Below the pieces are notes generated by a model. The model was given only the letters and a program-made list of their open reading frames with translations. It did no database searches and was not told the DNA's origin. Shown here piece by piece: positions 25,887 to 39,221 of a stretch of 64,000 nucleotides of DNA (its first letter is position 1; every line of letters starts with the position of its first letter). The stretch covers positions 29,326,001 to 29,390,000 of the forward strand of contig OZ336877.1 of NCBI GenBank assembly GCA_965287045.1. The letters run 5' to 3'. Source of the DNA: Carcharhinus amblyrhynchos (taxonomy: Eukaryota). The position numbers and the translations under genes were made by a program.

Positions 25887-26006
25887 CCAAGGGGGTTGCC
25901 TGCCAGTCTGCCCAGAGTATCAGAACCAGACAGAAACCATGGGGAATCACTACTCCTGCCTGGCCTGGAAGTCCTTCCTGTGCCTGAACCACTGCTCAAC
26001 TTTGAA
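25887..26006 (-). CDS. UBR5: UBR5 exon 5: SKLSSGSGTGRTSRPGRSSDSPWFLSGSDTLGRLAGNPL(G)
   Basis: Within ORF 25883..26131; tttccag| acceptor, |gtaagt donor; 120 nt. Confidence 0.95.
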
Positions 26007-27181
26007 CTGGAAACAAAGATGGGAGATGGGTTATAACACAGGTATCCCAAGCCTTGCAGCTCAGGGACTTTACATTTGCTATAACTGGTCAATGACCAGC
26101 CAGAGCAACACCCTTGGGCAATTTTTAGCACTCAAAGTTAATACGGATATGCCATTTTTTTGTGTGGCCAACTGCCCATTAAAAAGGAATTCTGCCTTTG
26201 CACTGAAATGGAAAGTTTGCTTTTTTTCCAGTTCAGTCGCAAACTAAAATAAAAATTTGAAATAACTCATACTAGTTTAAAAATTGAAGTTAATAGCTGG
26301 GCAGTATGGATTGTAAAACTACTTTAAATCAAGTTTCACTTTTTAGTTCAAATACCCGTTTGCAAAAAAATGTAGTAATTGCCAGAAATAGTTTATTCAA
26401 CATGGCTGCAGTTTTCTAATGTCGCAATGATCCTGCAAGTCTTAAACTAATTATAGTGAACTTATTTTTTTTAAACAACGGTTTCTAAGTTTGCTTTTGA
26501 AGACTGAAACCTGTCCACAGAGAAAGCAACCTTCAAAAATAAAGCTTAAACACAATTTTGGTTATGCTTTGTTTTCACAGAGCAGCATAGGACAAAACCT
26601 AACGAGTTCCAAAGATATTGGAGCACAATGATGGCATCATCAGCATTTTGCAGCCATATACGTGGCAGAAAAATCCATCTTTAGTACGTCAACATCTGTA
26701 ATAGCCACATTAGATTGCTGGACATGTTTTAGGAGATCATGACTAAGGTTTATAAAGCAGACACGACTACTGCAATGTGCAGTTGGATATTTGAGTAGAT
26801 AGTATACTTCCACAGAACAAATTTAGCCAAAATGCATCACCTAATTCCACACCAAACATGACAGAGCACAAAGCTGACCAGACAGCTCTTCTTAAATCAA
26901 GACACAGCAGAATAAATAAAACAGTACATCACACTTTTATAGCCAGATTATGCTGCAATTCGATGCTGCTCAATTAAACTAGAGACAAAACAAGTTAAAT
27001 TGCAAAGCTTTGGAGAGAAAATAAAAGCTACACACTATCTGCCTCACTTTAACATTTATACTCACATGTAACAATTACTAGCATCGTCACCAAAAACGTC
27101 ACAAAGAATTTATACACACACCTTAAAACGATAACTGCAAAATTGCAGAAATGAACATAAAATATTAGCAGAAACACTTAC

Positions 27182-27258
27182 CCATCACTAGTATCTGGTT
27201 TTCCCAGCTCCAATCTGTCCGGCTGAACAGCAAAGCTAATTCTGCAGATGCGGCCATC
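27182..27258 (-). CDS. UBR5: UBR5 exon 4: DGRICRISFAVQPDRLELGKPDTSD(G)
   Basis: cccag| acceptor, |gtaagt donor; 77 nt. Confidence 0.95.
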
Positions 27259-27761
27259 CTGGGATGTTTGGCGAGGGGTTAGGGTTGTGGACAGGTTGGA
27301 GGGTGGGAAGATGCAAAAGAAAAGATACCAGCATGAAATACCATTAAAAAACGTTTAAATTCAGTGTACAAATGGTGTCTGCAATAGCTTAAAATAAAAA
27401 CCATCAACTCTGAGTATACATACTAATGAAAACTGAAGTTTTCACTTAAGGGAAGAATGAGTAAATCATTAATATAGTTAGGTAAATAATTACAACCCAT
27501 CAGTTATTTAAATTCAATGCATGCAGCACATTAACATTAAAATTACCAGACTTAAAAACACCTTTCCAGCACCTTCAGCATTCTTTACAGGCCTTGCCTC
27601 AGAAACATGCATCTTATAAAATGATTCAATGAGAAGACAAAGCCAATTGCCATGCTATTGGACAAATCTATTATGCCAATAAAACACCAAAATCTCATTT
27701 TGTTTTCAACAGCATTGCTTCTCTCTCATTACCAGCTGTTTTGCTAAGACAATGTATCAAC

Positions 27762-28053
27762 GGGCAGCACGGTGACAGTGATTAGCACTGCTGCCTCAGC
27801 ACCAGGGTTCGATTCCAGCCGGTTTAAGTTGTCTGTGTGGACTCTGCATGGGTTTCCTCCAGGTGCCCTAGTTTCCTCCCAGTGTCCAGAGATGTGCAGG
27901 TTAGGTGGATTAACCATGCTAAAGTGTCCCTTAGAGTGTCAGAGGGACTAGCAGGGAAAATATGTGGGTTACAGGCTTAGGACCTGGGTGGGATTGTTGT
28001 TGGTGCAGGCTCAATGGGCCAAATGGTCTCCTTCTGGACTGCAGGGATTCTAT
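27762..28053 (+). mobile_element. HE1-like V-SINE
   Basis: gggcagcacggtg...agcactgctgcctca...ggttcgattcc head; tail gggccaaatggtctccttc...gattctatg. Confidence 0.88.
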
Positions 28054-29084
28054 GCTCCTAATACGATTTATATTATCATCAGTAATGACAGTTATGGTTA
28101 CAAGGCAAGATTTTTCCATTTGAATTCTGGGTCAGCTATCAAGATGAGTGTTGTCAGCAGTGGAGAAAAGAATATTTCCCATTTTTAAACACACAAGTCT
28201 AGCAGCTTGATGCTGAGTAAAGCATTTATTTCAACATGCTTCAGTCCTCAATTAAACTAATACAGCACAGGAATGCAAAATTTTTGATTTTTTGTGCGTC
28301 ACTTGGCTGGGTATTTCCAAACATTGGACAACATTTATAAAGTTTAAATTGAATTGGACCAAAATGCATATATCTCAAAGTACTAAGAGACTGATACTGA
28401 CTGAATACAAGGCAGGTCGTAAAAATATTTCCATGCCTCTTAATCCATAGAATCATCACTGGACCAGCCAATTCAGAAATGAATTGCCTTGGTTGAGGGC
28501 CAATTGTTGGGGAGTGCAGCAGAGGCAGGAGAACATAATGCACAGATGCGCATAGTTTACTCCTACATATCGCACAATTGTGATGTTCTTGTTTTTCTCC
28601 ACAGCCATCCTCCAGTCCAAATAAGACTGTCAATTTCATAATAACAGGCAGGTTTCTGTCATGACCTCTTTGTCACTATGAACTGAATAGAAGGTCATCT
28701 AAACTTATGTTTGCCAGCTGACCATGTTTTTTTTATTGCTGGCTAAAAGTGAATCAAAGTGAAACGTCAGTTGTATAAAATGCGCTGCTCAATCCATCAC
28801 CCTCGCCTGGCATTTGATATAATCTTACCTTGGGTGGCAGGAGACAAATTTCATATCATAACAAGAAAACAAAACTTGCCCATAAGATTTAAGAAACTCA
28901 GATTTTTTTTGGAATCTAATTCATATAAACTTAAAGTCCTTAAATGTCTGCCCAAAACATGGATGGACTTAGACATACAACTCAATACAACATGCACTTC
29001 CTCTGATTGAGAGTGGAAAATACCTGGGAGTTGCAGCCTTTCAAACATATTTTTTCCTGAGGGTTGAGAGTTTGTGGATCACTT

Positions 29085-29290
29085 TCCCAGAAATGGCCAG
29101 AAGTGATTGAATATTTTCAAGTCAGAAACAAATAGATTCTTGACTAATAAGGGCACTGGTGGTGGTGGTGGATGGGGGTCAGGGAGTGGTAATAAGCAAG
29201 ATAGTGGCACTGAGGTCACTATTAGATTAGCCATGATCATTGAGTGGTGGAACAGGCTCAAGGCCTACTCCTGCCTTTAATTCATATGTG
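29085..29290 (+). mobile_element. CR1 3' tail fragment
   Basis: attgaatattttcaag...agattagccatgatc...ggcctactcctgc. Confidence 0.65.
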
Positions 29291-30489
29291 TGGGAGACTT
29301 TTCATTCACTTGCTCTCATCTCGAGAGGAAACAGCCCTAAGACAAAATTGGACAAATGATCCCACAAGCAGGTTTTTCACTTCGACTAAACATTGAACAG
29401 CTGGCCTTCAATTCTCAATGGTTCTTAATGACGCTTTACAGTTGCAGTGGTCTCAATTCTGACAATCTTGCTGTTGTTCACAGACTTTAATCAAGAATTA
29501 ACAAAAATCCAGCTGAACCCACAATACAAGGGCAGCACAGAATGGCAAATTGTTCTGTCCAACATCCTGATATTCACTACTTAACATTATGATTGCATAG
29601 GGGGCAAGGTGCATCCTGTAGTTAAGAGGCAGAAAGGGCACTTTGATCCATTTTTATTATATGCATCTTTTTAATACATGCATCCAGATTTCCCATACAT
29701 TGCTCAGACTACACTGGATCATACGCCTTTAAGACAAAGTGGTTACAGCACAGAATGGACAATCAATGTTATCACCATGATGAATTAAAGATCACAAATT
29801 GTGCTCAAGGTAATTCAGAGTTTAATTTCTGTTCAGGTCCGTATCTTGCCTTTTCTATATTAAAAATTCTCACTATAAGTAAAGCAACAGCAGATCTTGC
29901 AATCCAGTATTTTTGGGTGCTGCAGTGTTTCTTAGCATCACAATGGCATCTTTTTGAAGTGAGATGTGAAAACGAATGCAACACTTAAGTATGACAAAAG
30001 TCAAAATATGCTACAAAAAAACCTGTTGATTCTATATGTGAATGGGTATAGTGATACAGTGTGCCAGTGAAGTGATTTTTCCAAGTACACATTTATGAGT
30101 TAATTTGAAGAAAAACTCCACGGCAGAATGAAACAACTGAAGCTCACTTAACCTCCTGCCATCCTGAGTATAGAATAAAAACTTAATGGTTTCAACCATT
30201 AGGTTTTTATTTGTTCCCACATGCAATTTCCAGCTGGGAGTACCCTGGAGTTTTCTAGGTCAGTCAGTGAAAATCCACAAAAACTGGCTTAGCAGAGTAG
30301 CATCAGTCACTGCAGTCTAAAAAAACATGCAAGTTTATCTCCGCCCATTGAAGAACTATAATAACTGTATATTCAACAGTGGAATGTATTAAACAAAACC
30401 ATACTCTATCCCCTGTTCATTAATTTCTGCCAAGCGATAGGAACAATGCACAAAAACAGGTGAGAAGACAAGCAGTGGGAATGGTAAAG

Positions 30490-30850
30490 AGTTGACAACG
30501 GGATATAGACAGGAGGGGGCAAAAACTTGACAAATGTAGTGTGCCAGAAAATGTGACATTATGCACTTTGGTAGGAAGAAAAAGAAGCTGAACATTATTT
30601 AAATAGAGAAAGACTGTAAAAAAATGTCATACAAAGATTTGGGGTCCTCATACATAAATCAAAAAAAAATCTAGCATGTAAGTTCAGTAGCTAATTGAAG
30701 TTAAATTGAATGCTGGCCTTTATTTCAAAGGGAATGGCGCATAAAAATATGGAAGTCTTGCTAAAACGATACAGTGCTAGTTAAACCACACCTGGAATAC
30801 ATGAGGAGTTTTGGCCCCATTGTATATACACGGGCATTGGAGGCACTGCA
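30490..30850 (+). mobile_element. Decayed CR1 fragment
   Basis: aaatgtgacattatgcactttggtaggaagaa (KCE.MHFGRKN), tgctggcctttatttcaaaggg. Confidence 0.7.
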
Positions 30851-31289
30851 CCTTAAGTAGGTGAGGGAAAGAGGGGGAAAATGGCCACAGGTGACCACCC
30901 CAAGGACCACCATAAGGAAGTGCACATGGATGGAAATCAGGAGAGAATAGGTTTAGGTTAAGCTCTATTGTCATCTAACAGAGAAATAACTTGCTGAGAC
31001 ACATTGAACCACATGAACAACAACCTTGGTAAGATATTAGGGTAGCCATTGCTCACAGGGCAACAATCTAGAAATTCATTACCTTCTGGAAAAACAGTTT
31101 TAAAAGATGTGATACTTCAAATATTCAAATACGTTCATTAATTAAATATCAAATTGGTTCACAATTCACCTCAATAGATGGCTATTTTGAAGCTTACCTT
31201 GCTGCTGAAATCAAAAATATCAACTATTTACAATTTCTAATAATCTTGATAAGGAGAATTGAATGCAATAGATAGAGATTGCAATAGAA

Positions 31290-31595
31290 GGTACAGATAA
31301 TGAAGGGGATGGATAGGGCAGAGGTAGAGATTCTTCCCACTTAGAAAGGATAGCAGGACAAGAGGGTGGTGAATCTCTGGAATTCTCTGCCCGTTGAAGT
31401 GGTGGAGGCTACCTTGCTAAATTTATTTAAGTCACGGGTAGATGGGTTTCTAATAGACAGGGGAATTAAGGGTTATGTGGAGAAAGCGGGAAAGTGGAAC
31501 TGATCCGCTTCAGATCAGCCATGATCTTATTGAATGGCGGGGCAGGCTCAAAGGGCTAGATGGCCTACTCCTGCTCCAATTCCTTATGTTCTTAT
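31290..31595 (+). mobile_element. CR1 3' end (young subfamily)
   Basis: gatcagccatgatcttattgaatggcggggcaggctc...cttatgttctta; near match to the reverse complement of 15496-15720. Confidence 0.85.
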
Positions 31596-31676
31596 ATTCA
31601 ATGCATCCAAGTTCGTGGACAATACAAAGTTGGATGGGAAAGCAAGTTATGAGAATACAATTGGGCTGTAGATGGA

Positions 31677-31878
31677 AGTCATGATGTAGAGATGCCAGCG
31701 TTGGCCTGGGGTAAACACAGTAAGAAGTCTCACAACACCAGGTGTAAGTCCAGCCAGTTTACAGGATAGTAATCCCACAAGCTTTCAGAAACGGTGTTCG
31801 GAACGCCGTTTCCGAAAGCCTGTGGGATTACTATCAAACAAACCGGCTGGACTTAAACCTGGGGTTGTGAGGCTTCTT
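31677..31878. mobile_element. Penelope-like fold-back element with 12-bp TSD, nested in an old CR1
   Basis: ~83-bp inverted arms centred at 31800; flanking gctgtagatgga at 31665-76 and 31879-90; same terminus as the copy at 63805. Confidence 0.8.
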
Positions 31879-32089
31879 GCTGTAGATGGATACAAACAGG
31901 CTGTTCAAATTTTGGAACAGAAAAACAGTTGGTCATTGTACTATATTTACAGCCCCCTGATAGGACTTAGTGCCCATCATTACTTCACTTTGTTTTTCTT
32001 ACTTTTAGCACTACTGCAAATTTTTCTTCAGTCATTTTGTTCTTTATAACTTCTCAATCTTTTGCTGCACTCCCAGTCCTTCTACTTAA

Positions 32090-32800
32090 GGACATGGAAG
32101 TTAGAAGTTACCAGTTACCCACATTAAGGAAAACAAAAACAGTATTTTTCAAAATAGGAAATGTTCACATTCAGAGGAATATGTGCACACTTGTACATGT
32201 ATCACCAAATTATGGTAATACAGCTTCTTAAGCAATTAGGAAATAAAGTGCCTTTGTTACAAGGGTGTTGGAAATAAGTGAAGAAGCCCTCTTGCAGCTG
32301 CACTGGATCTCAATGAGGGCACACAGTGGACAGGCTGCAGTTTGTGTTTCCGTACCTAAAGAAGGATATATTTTATAGGAAATTCAACAAAGGTTCCTGC
32401 AATGAGAAGATTATCCAAGGAATAGACATGACCCAAATTCCTTTAAATGGGAGCAAATTCATTGAAATATGCAAAATCCTTAACAATTGCACTGATAAAT
32501 GCTGGGAGGATGTTTTCCCTAACTGGATAGCTTAGAACGACGGATCATAGACTCAGGATAAGGTCTGGCCACTTAGCACTGAGATGAGAAGTTTCTTCAC
32601 ACAAAAGGTCGTGAACCTTTGGAGTTCAGTCACGAGGTATGTTCAAGACAGAGATCGATAGATTTTTGGGTAAGAAAGGAATCAAATGATCTGGGGATAG
32701 TGTGGGAAATTAGAATTGGGGGAGATAAGCCATGATCTTACTGAATGGCAGAGCAGGTTTGAAGAGCTGAATGCCTCTCCTTGCTCGTGCTCATGTTCTT
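32090..32800 (+). mobile_element. Old CR1 (continuation of the fragment starting ~31600)
   Basis: RT C-terminal remnants, ttcttcacacaaaaggtcgtgaacctttgg, agccatgatcttactgaatggc tail. Confidence 0.75.
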
Positions 32801-34157
32801 AAACTCTCAGTCAGAAAAACAATATAGTGCTGTCTAACAATATGGATAAGAATTATGCATTAGGAGCCTGCATCTAGGACAGACATCCTGTCCAAATAAA
32901 TATCATGAAATAAATTACGTTTTCGTGGAACATGGCTGTTAAAATTTTGCAACAGAAAAACAGTTGGTCATTGTACTATATTTACAGTCCCCTGATAGGG
33001 CTTAGTGCCTATCATTACTTCACTTTGTTTTTCTTACTTTTAGCACTACTGCAAATTCTTCTTCAGTTATTTGGTTCTTTATAACTTGTCAATCTTTTGC
33101 TGCACTCCCAGTCCTTCTGACACTTCCAAATGTGCCTACGCTTAGCCCCTGCTCCCTCTTTTGAGGTTTCACATTTTTCAATAATTGTCTAAAACTGCTG
33201 CTCACTTCTTTCCTCTCTCTCATTTCATGCTCAAGGCCCTGCCATGCAGCTCATCTATCTTTCTCATCAAGTTAAAACAAGCCATGTATGGGAAAATACT
33301 GCCAATACTTGTGATAAATTATTTACCACATGTAGGACTATGGCAAATTCTCCCATGTTAAATATTAGCATTTTAAGTTATCGACCATGAATTATGGCAG
33401 TAAAAGGAATGCAGATATAACCCAGTATTCAAGCACAAAGTACACTTTACTTGCAACCAAAACCCTTGAAAAAAAATTACAATCTCAACGTGACCATCAA
33501 GAAACTAAGAAAATTTGCCAAAATTGAAACTAGTTAAATAGTTTAAAAAAATGTGCATCATACATGAGGTATTGAAAAGGGTTTGTTGTCAATTTTCTAA
33601 GTAAACTTCATTTTCCCCATAACTTTAGGCACATCTTTACTGCCCAGTATCTGACTGAACTGCCATCTCATCCAGGAATTGCAACATATACCTTTTGCGT
33701 ATTTGCTTACTAGTGGAAGCATACGCGTGCATTTTCCTGTCTCTTGAAGGCACATCAAAAGCACCTGGGCTAAGAGACAATTATAAATCCCAAGTAGTTT
33801 ATTTTACATAATAAAAATATAATTCATATCTTCCACCACTCCTCATCCTGCTGTTAACTCATTCAGAAGTTGGTTAAGTAGGAAAGAGGGCATTAATCTT
33901 CTATTTGATATTTGATTTATTTGCAGAATACAACAAAGCAAATCTATGCCTCATCCCTAACCAATGCACTATATCCAAGCAGTCCCAAGGTATTCAAATC
34001 AATCAACGTCTTTTACCCGTGCATCCTCGACCTTTACAATTAATATTGCATTAACAACCACAAAAATAATGAACATGATACTGCCAACATTCCAAACAGA
34101 AACGTGCTTACTGTTCCAAATCTATCTTTTAGAAGCACGAGCGAGATCCTCTAACTC

Positions 34158-34506
34158 GATGCTTAACCAAATTTTTTGCCCGCTGTGACCCCATTTTATT
34201 GCCTTTGACTTTGTGTGACCCCAAACGAAAATTGGTGAGGGGGAGGGAAAGGAGATAGTTCAGGAGTGGGCTTACCCTGAGAAAAGCAAAGACCTATTTT
34301 TTGTTTTTATAAGCAGTGGTTACAGCAGCAAATCAGGCCCCAGAGCAGACAATTAAGTCACATCCACTGACAGGAAAAACCCCGAACATTTAAAGAGGCC
34401 TCACAGCTGTCAAAACCCAGACCAAGCTCCACAGCTGCCGTGAAACAACCACAAAATCTCACATTTCAACATCCCTGGGTTGCAAGCCACAGCATGAGAA
34501 TCCCTG
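34158..34506. mobile_element. Degenerate hAT-like MITE
   Basis: Ends resemble cagtgcttcccaaactt...gacccc and gggtcgcgacccacagtttgagaaccactg (recalled consensus). Confidence 0.35.
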
Positions 34507-35459
34507 TTCCAATCCAGTCTTCAAATCAATCCGCAAAGAAGATTGGTCCACTTGGATGTCTTATAACACTGAAGAACATGGGACCTTGTGGCACCCGAGT
34601 GCAGCTGAGCTGCTTGCTGAAGTAACAAGTGAAAGTAAACCATTTACAGGTCATTCCATCTCCCCTGGGAACTCAAAATAATCCTAACCCTCTGCCCTGC
34701 AGCTTTAAATGTGAAGCCAATGGGTTTTTTAAAACTAAAAATCTAGCCTTTTAGCTTCATCAAAACAAAATAAAATGTCAATTTCTCACGGTCACGCAAG
34801 TAACTGTTCCAATAACCCATTATCATATTCTGAAGAGGCAGCACAATGCATCATATTCACCTATCCTAGGTTGATGTGCATTAATCTATTAAAGTATTCC
34901 CAGCATTGAAAACATCAGTATGTGATTTACCAAAAGCAGAAGATTCACTTTATTGGAATTCATAGTTTTATATACTTCTTGTTGTCACAATTACTTCCTG
35001 CACCAATTTATCCACCTATTGTATGCAATAATATTCAAGTCTCCACCTTCGCTTTCCTTAGATTAGCTGTTTCTGCCAATGTGACCTCCAAACACTACAA
35101 ATTTTCTAATTTTACATATTTTATGTTCCGCACTCTTTCAGACCCTAAGCAGGAATTGGTATTACTTCTCAATGTAGTTTCCAGGGTCAGGAGTTAAAAC
35201 ACTCTGTACCTTCATTTGCTGGCAAGCCTCTTGTAAAGTTTTCCCTGCAGTTATTGGTGTTAAAAGATGTTAACTGCTCGTGGTGACTGCTCCAAAAGCT
35301 ATGTTTTAAAAAATTACACTTCTCATTCTAGACCCGGGAAACCTGGGGTCAGTCCGACTTGGACAATTATAAAGAAAATATTCATATTGTTTCTAGCCCA
35401 AGGACAGGGAGTTCAGAAGTGGAGATGGCCAGATTTTCTTCCGTTAAGACTCAAGCTCT

Positions 35460-35835
35460 TGAAAGAGGTGTATAAAATTATGATGGGTATAGCTAGAGTG
35501 AATGCAAGCAGGCTTTTTCCACTGAGGCTAGGGGAGAAAAAAACTAGAGGACATGGCTTAAAGGTGAAGGGGGAAAAGTTTAAAGGGAATATTCGAGGGG
35601 GAGGGATGTTCTTCAAACAGAGAGTGGTGGGAGTGTGGAATGAGCTGCCAGATGAAGTGGTAAATGCGGGCTCACTTTTAACATTTAAAAATAACTTGGA
35701 CAGATTATGGATGAGAGGGGTGTGGAGAGATATGGTCCAGGTGCAGGTCAGTGGGACTAGGCATAAGAATGGTTCGGCACAGCCAAGAAGGGCCAAAAGG
35801 CCTGTTTCTGTGCTGTAGTGTTCTATGGTTCTAAG
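35460..35835 (+). mobile_element. CR1 3' end
   Basis: EVYKIM...TRGHGLK...QRVVGVWNELP in ORF 35267..35818; ttctatggttcta tail. Confidence 0.9.
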
Positions 35836-36949
35836 AGTTAGTGCTTTTCAAACCCAAATACACTGCCAGCCCATCTCACTTCCTTCAGATTCACTTTTCA
35901 CCCATCTGCTTTGCATTCTATCACTTTCCTACTGCTTCACCTCCTTAACTTCTCATCACTCCCGTTCAATCACCACAAACTCTCAATTTACAAAGAAATC
36001 TAATATACTGAAGTCTGAATTATAATCATCATTGGCAGAAAGATGTACTACAGCATGACTCTCTTCCTTGGAAGATTACACTGTGTCTTACTCCTCTGTG
36101 CAATACCACAATTAATCAACTCAAAAGTAAGAATTTAATAATAATTTCTTCCTTTATTTTGATCCTCAACCCCAATCCTAAAAGGATTTTTGCCTTGAAG
36201 GGAACAGTTTTCAGTGTGAAACTTGTGGCGCAGCAGGAAGTCTATAATGCTTTTATTGATCAAAGGGCACTTAGTTTGTTCAAATAAATCCTGAATGCAC
36301 ATTTCCAAAGTTGTACAATTAATAATGAGCTCAGGTAGACAATTCTCCTTGCCGTCTTAAGTCAGTTCTTGGTCAACGTCTCTCATTCCTTTCCACTCCC
36401 TCTTACTATCTCTCTGAGCTGCCAAATCAAGCAGCTGTTCCTCTTCTTCAGAAGGCAATACCATGTGCTGGATCATGCTTGCTCAGCATCAAAAATTTAA
36501 GCATTGTTGAAAGGACCATCAATGTTAGCAAACATTGAAGCACAAATATTAGCCCAGTAAGATGTAACTCACGTGCATGGCAACAGAACATTCAAATAAG
36601 CAAACCACGAAGCAATGAAGACATTTGGGGCTGGGGCAGGGATGAGGTCACTGATGATCAATCCTAAAGTCCTAACTGTTATTTCTGTCCCACTTCAATA
36701 TAGGCCATCAAAATATATAATGAATAATTCAAAGAAAGTCCTAAAGGAAACAGAGAAGGGCCATATGATTGAACCCTAGTATCAAAGGGCATATGTACAA
36801 TGGTGGATGATAAAAACTTACTCCTCATCCTTGAGCAGAGATAATTCAGATAGTTCACCAAAGTGGCATTGGAAAGACAGACTGGGAAAACCTCATTAAA
36901 TTATCACAGGACAATGAGACTTGCACGTCAACTGTTGAAGAGAAAGCGC

Positions 36950-37825
36950 AGGAGTGTCACAGCATTGAAACAGGCCTTCAGCCCAACTTGTCCATGCTGC
37001 CCTTTTGTTTTACGACTAAGCTAGTCCTAATTGCCTGCACTTGGCCCATATCTCTCAATGCCCAATCCATCACGCAAACCAGCTCCTATTCATCGATTCT
37101 GTCTACACTTTCCACTGCCTCGGCAAAGGAGCCAGCATAATTAAGGACCCCACGGACATTCTCTCTTCCACTGGGAAAAAAGATACAGAAGTCTGAGGTC
37201 ATGTACCATCTAACTCAAGAACAGCTTCTTCCTTGCTGCTATCAGATTTTGAATGGACCTACCTCGTATTAAGTTGGTCTTTCTCTACACCCTAGCTGAC
37301 TGTAACACTACATTTTGCACTCTCTCATTTCCTTCTCTATGACCGCTATGCCCTGTCCACATAGTGCCAGAAACAATACTTTTCACTATATGTTAATACA
37401 TGTGACAATAATAAATCCAATCTGTCTAAATGCTTTGAAAAGACAAAATTGTACCGGCCTCTACTACTGCCTCTGGCCTGTCCCAGAGGCTCATCACCCT
37501 CTGTGTGAAGAGATTACCCTTGTGGGCCCTTTTGTAGCTCTCCCGTCTCACCTTAAATCTATGCCCTCTAGTTTTAGGCTCTCTGATCTTTGGGAAAAGA
37601 TGTTGACAATCTAGCTGATCTCTGCCCCTCATTATTTTATACACCTCTGGAAGATCATCCCGAGGCGAAAAAAGTCCCAGTCTATCCTGCATCACCTTAT
37701 AACTCAAACCATCAAGTCCCAGTAGCATCCTAGTAAATCTCTTCTGCACTCTTTCTGGTCTAATAATATTCTTTCTATAATAGGGTGACCAGAACTGTAC
37801 ACAGTATTCCAAGTGTGGCCTTACT
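36950..37825 (-). mobile_element. CR1 3' part split by a Rex/Babar insertion
   Basis: ORF 37426..37833 (VRPHLEYCVQFWSP); the tail resumes at ~36950-37065. Confidence 0.85.
37065..37420 (+). mobile_element. Rex1/Babar-like LINE 3' end
   Basis: ctcaagaacagcttcttcc (KNSFFP..IR); aaacaatacttttcact...gtgacaataataaatc tail shared with 45630 and 63170. Confidence 0.7.
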
Positions 37826-37829
37826 ATTA

Positions 37830-38027
37830 TCACTGGGGAAAGTAAACAAACTGAGTGACTGTTTTGTGCAACACCTTTACCTGTCTATAAGCACATCCCT
37901 GCCACTGCCATTTCAATTCATCATCTTGCTCCCACGCTCACATTTCCATCCTTGGTCTACTGCAACGTTCCAGTGAAACCCAATGTAAACTGGGGGAACA
38001 GCCTCACCTCATCTTCCAATGAGGCAT
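37830..38027 (+). mobile_element. Penelope-like GIY-YIG endonuclease C-terminal remnant
   Basis: Degenerate GE...L.D.F..HL...HFN....H...ILGL......KL.EQ.LIF..G pattern. Confidence 0.6.
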
Positions 38028-39139
38028 TTGTGGCACAGCGGTAGCACCCCAGACCAGAAGCTGTGGGTTCAAATCCAGAGTGACCTGAATAGTACTTCTT
38101 CAGGCAAGATCAATACAATTTGTAGTTATACAGCAATTTTTGTGTCATGAAATGCTTCTCAATGCTTTACAAGAGCATAATCACAAAGTCAAGGAAACAA
38201 AGTTATTAGAAAGGTCAGTGTACACCTGGAACCTAACAGTGCCTTTGAATGATGTTGCCAAGGCAGCAGCATGTAGATGAGAAATGAGAGAGAGTCAAGG
38301 AGACTGGGAGCAATCTTCCCGGCAGGGTAGTGAAGGCAAAAATTCCAATAAATCATTCAAAATCAGTGGACAGTGCAATAGGAAACAGTATAATGAGGAG
38401 AAGTTATCCTTTTCTTTCATCTGCTTAAGGCACTAGAAAATTTAATGGACGACACCCAGTTTTTACTCTAATTTTAGGCCTACTCCAATGGAATAGGCAC
38501 TCCCATTTAATCAGGAGAGGTGCACCTTGTTTAGACAAATATGCCATGGGAAGTTCAAAAAGATGGAAGAAAAATTGTTAGCACAAATACTTCCATCAAA
38601 AACAGTCTCTTCACTTTTGTCAGCCACTGAGAAACACAGCGAGACTGTAGTTGATGCTCCAATTTCAGAACTGTGTATACCCAGATGTGGCCTTGGTCAC
38701 TGTTGCTGTGCAGTATAAATCATGTGCCAGAAACAGAAGTAGATCTGGGAGCAAAGCACTGGATCATTTGGTTGTCAGGATTATCTGATTGTCAGGGAAT
38801 AAGTGGCAGAATTACAAAACTGAATTCACACAACACTACAACCATAGCACACCTTAACTGAGGAAAGTAATTTATAACACTGCACACAAGCTTCCCAAAA
38901 CATATCCTTTCAAGTTAAATGATTATGCACGAAAAGTTGGATCTCTTTTAAATTGCCTTGTCGTTGCAAACAAATTTCATCTTATAACATTTTCAAATGG
39001 GTATATGTTTTTGATTCTCTAATCCCTAAAGGAATACACCACTTCAGAAATAAAAAATGAGAATTAATTTCCAAGTTCACTTGAGGAAAGCATTATCGAT
39101 TTAATCATTTAATAGACATTCTTAATAAATGTACGCTAC

Positions 39140-39221
39140 CTCTAGGAGAAATGCAGCATGGTTTGGTCCCACCACGCACTGCTTAATTGTGGCCTGTTCC
39201 AAAACATTCAGAGGTGGGTGA
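39140..39221 (-). CDS. UBR5: UBR5 exon 3: HPPLNVLEQATIKQCVVGPNHAAFLLE
   Basis: ttttcag| acceptor, |gtagcg donor; 82 nt; matches recalled UBR5 sequence. Confidence 0.96.

Noticed and set aside
27274-27286. Telomere-like ggggttagggtt
   Set aside because: Fewer than two units; better explained as the CCCTAAC branch point of intron 3
28822-28832. Strong minus-strand donor AAG|gtaaga in intron 3
   Set aside because: No convincing upstream acceptor to define an exon
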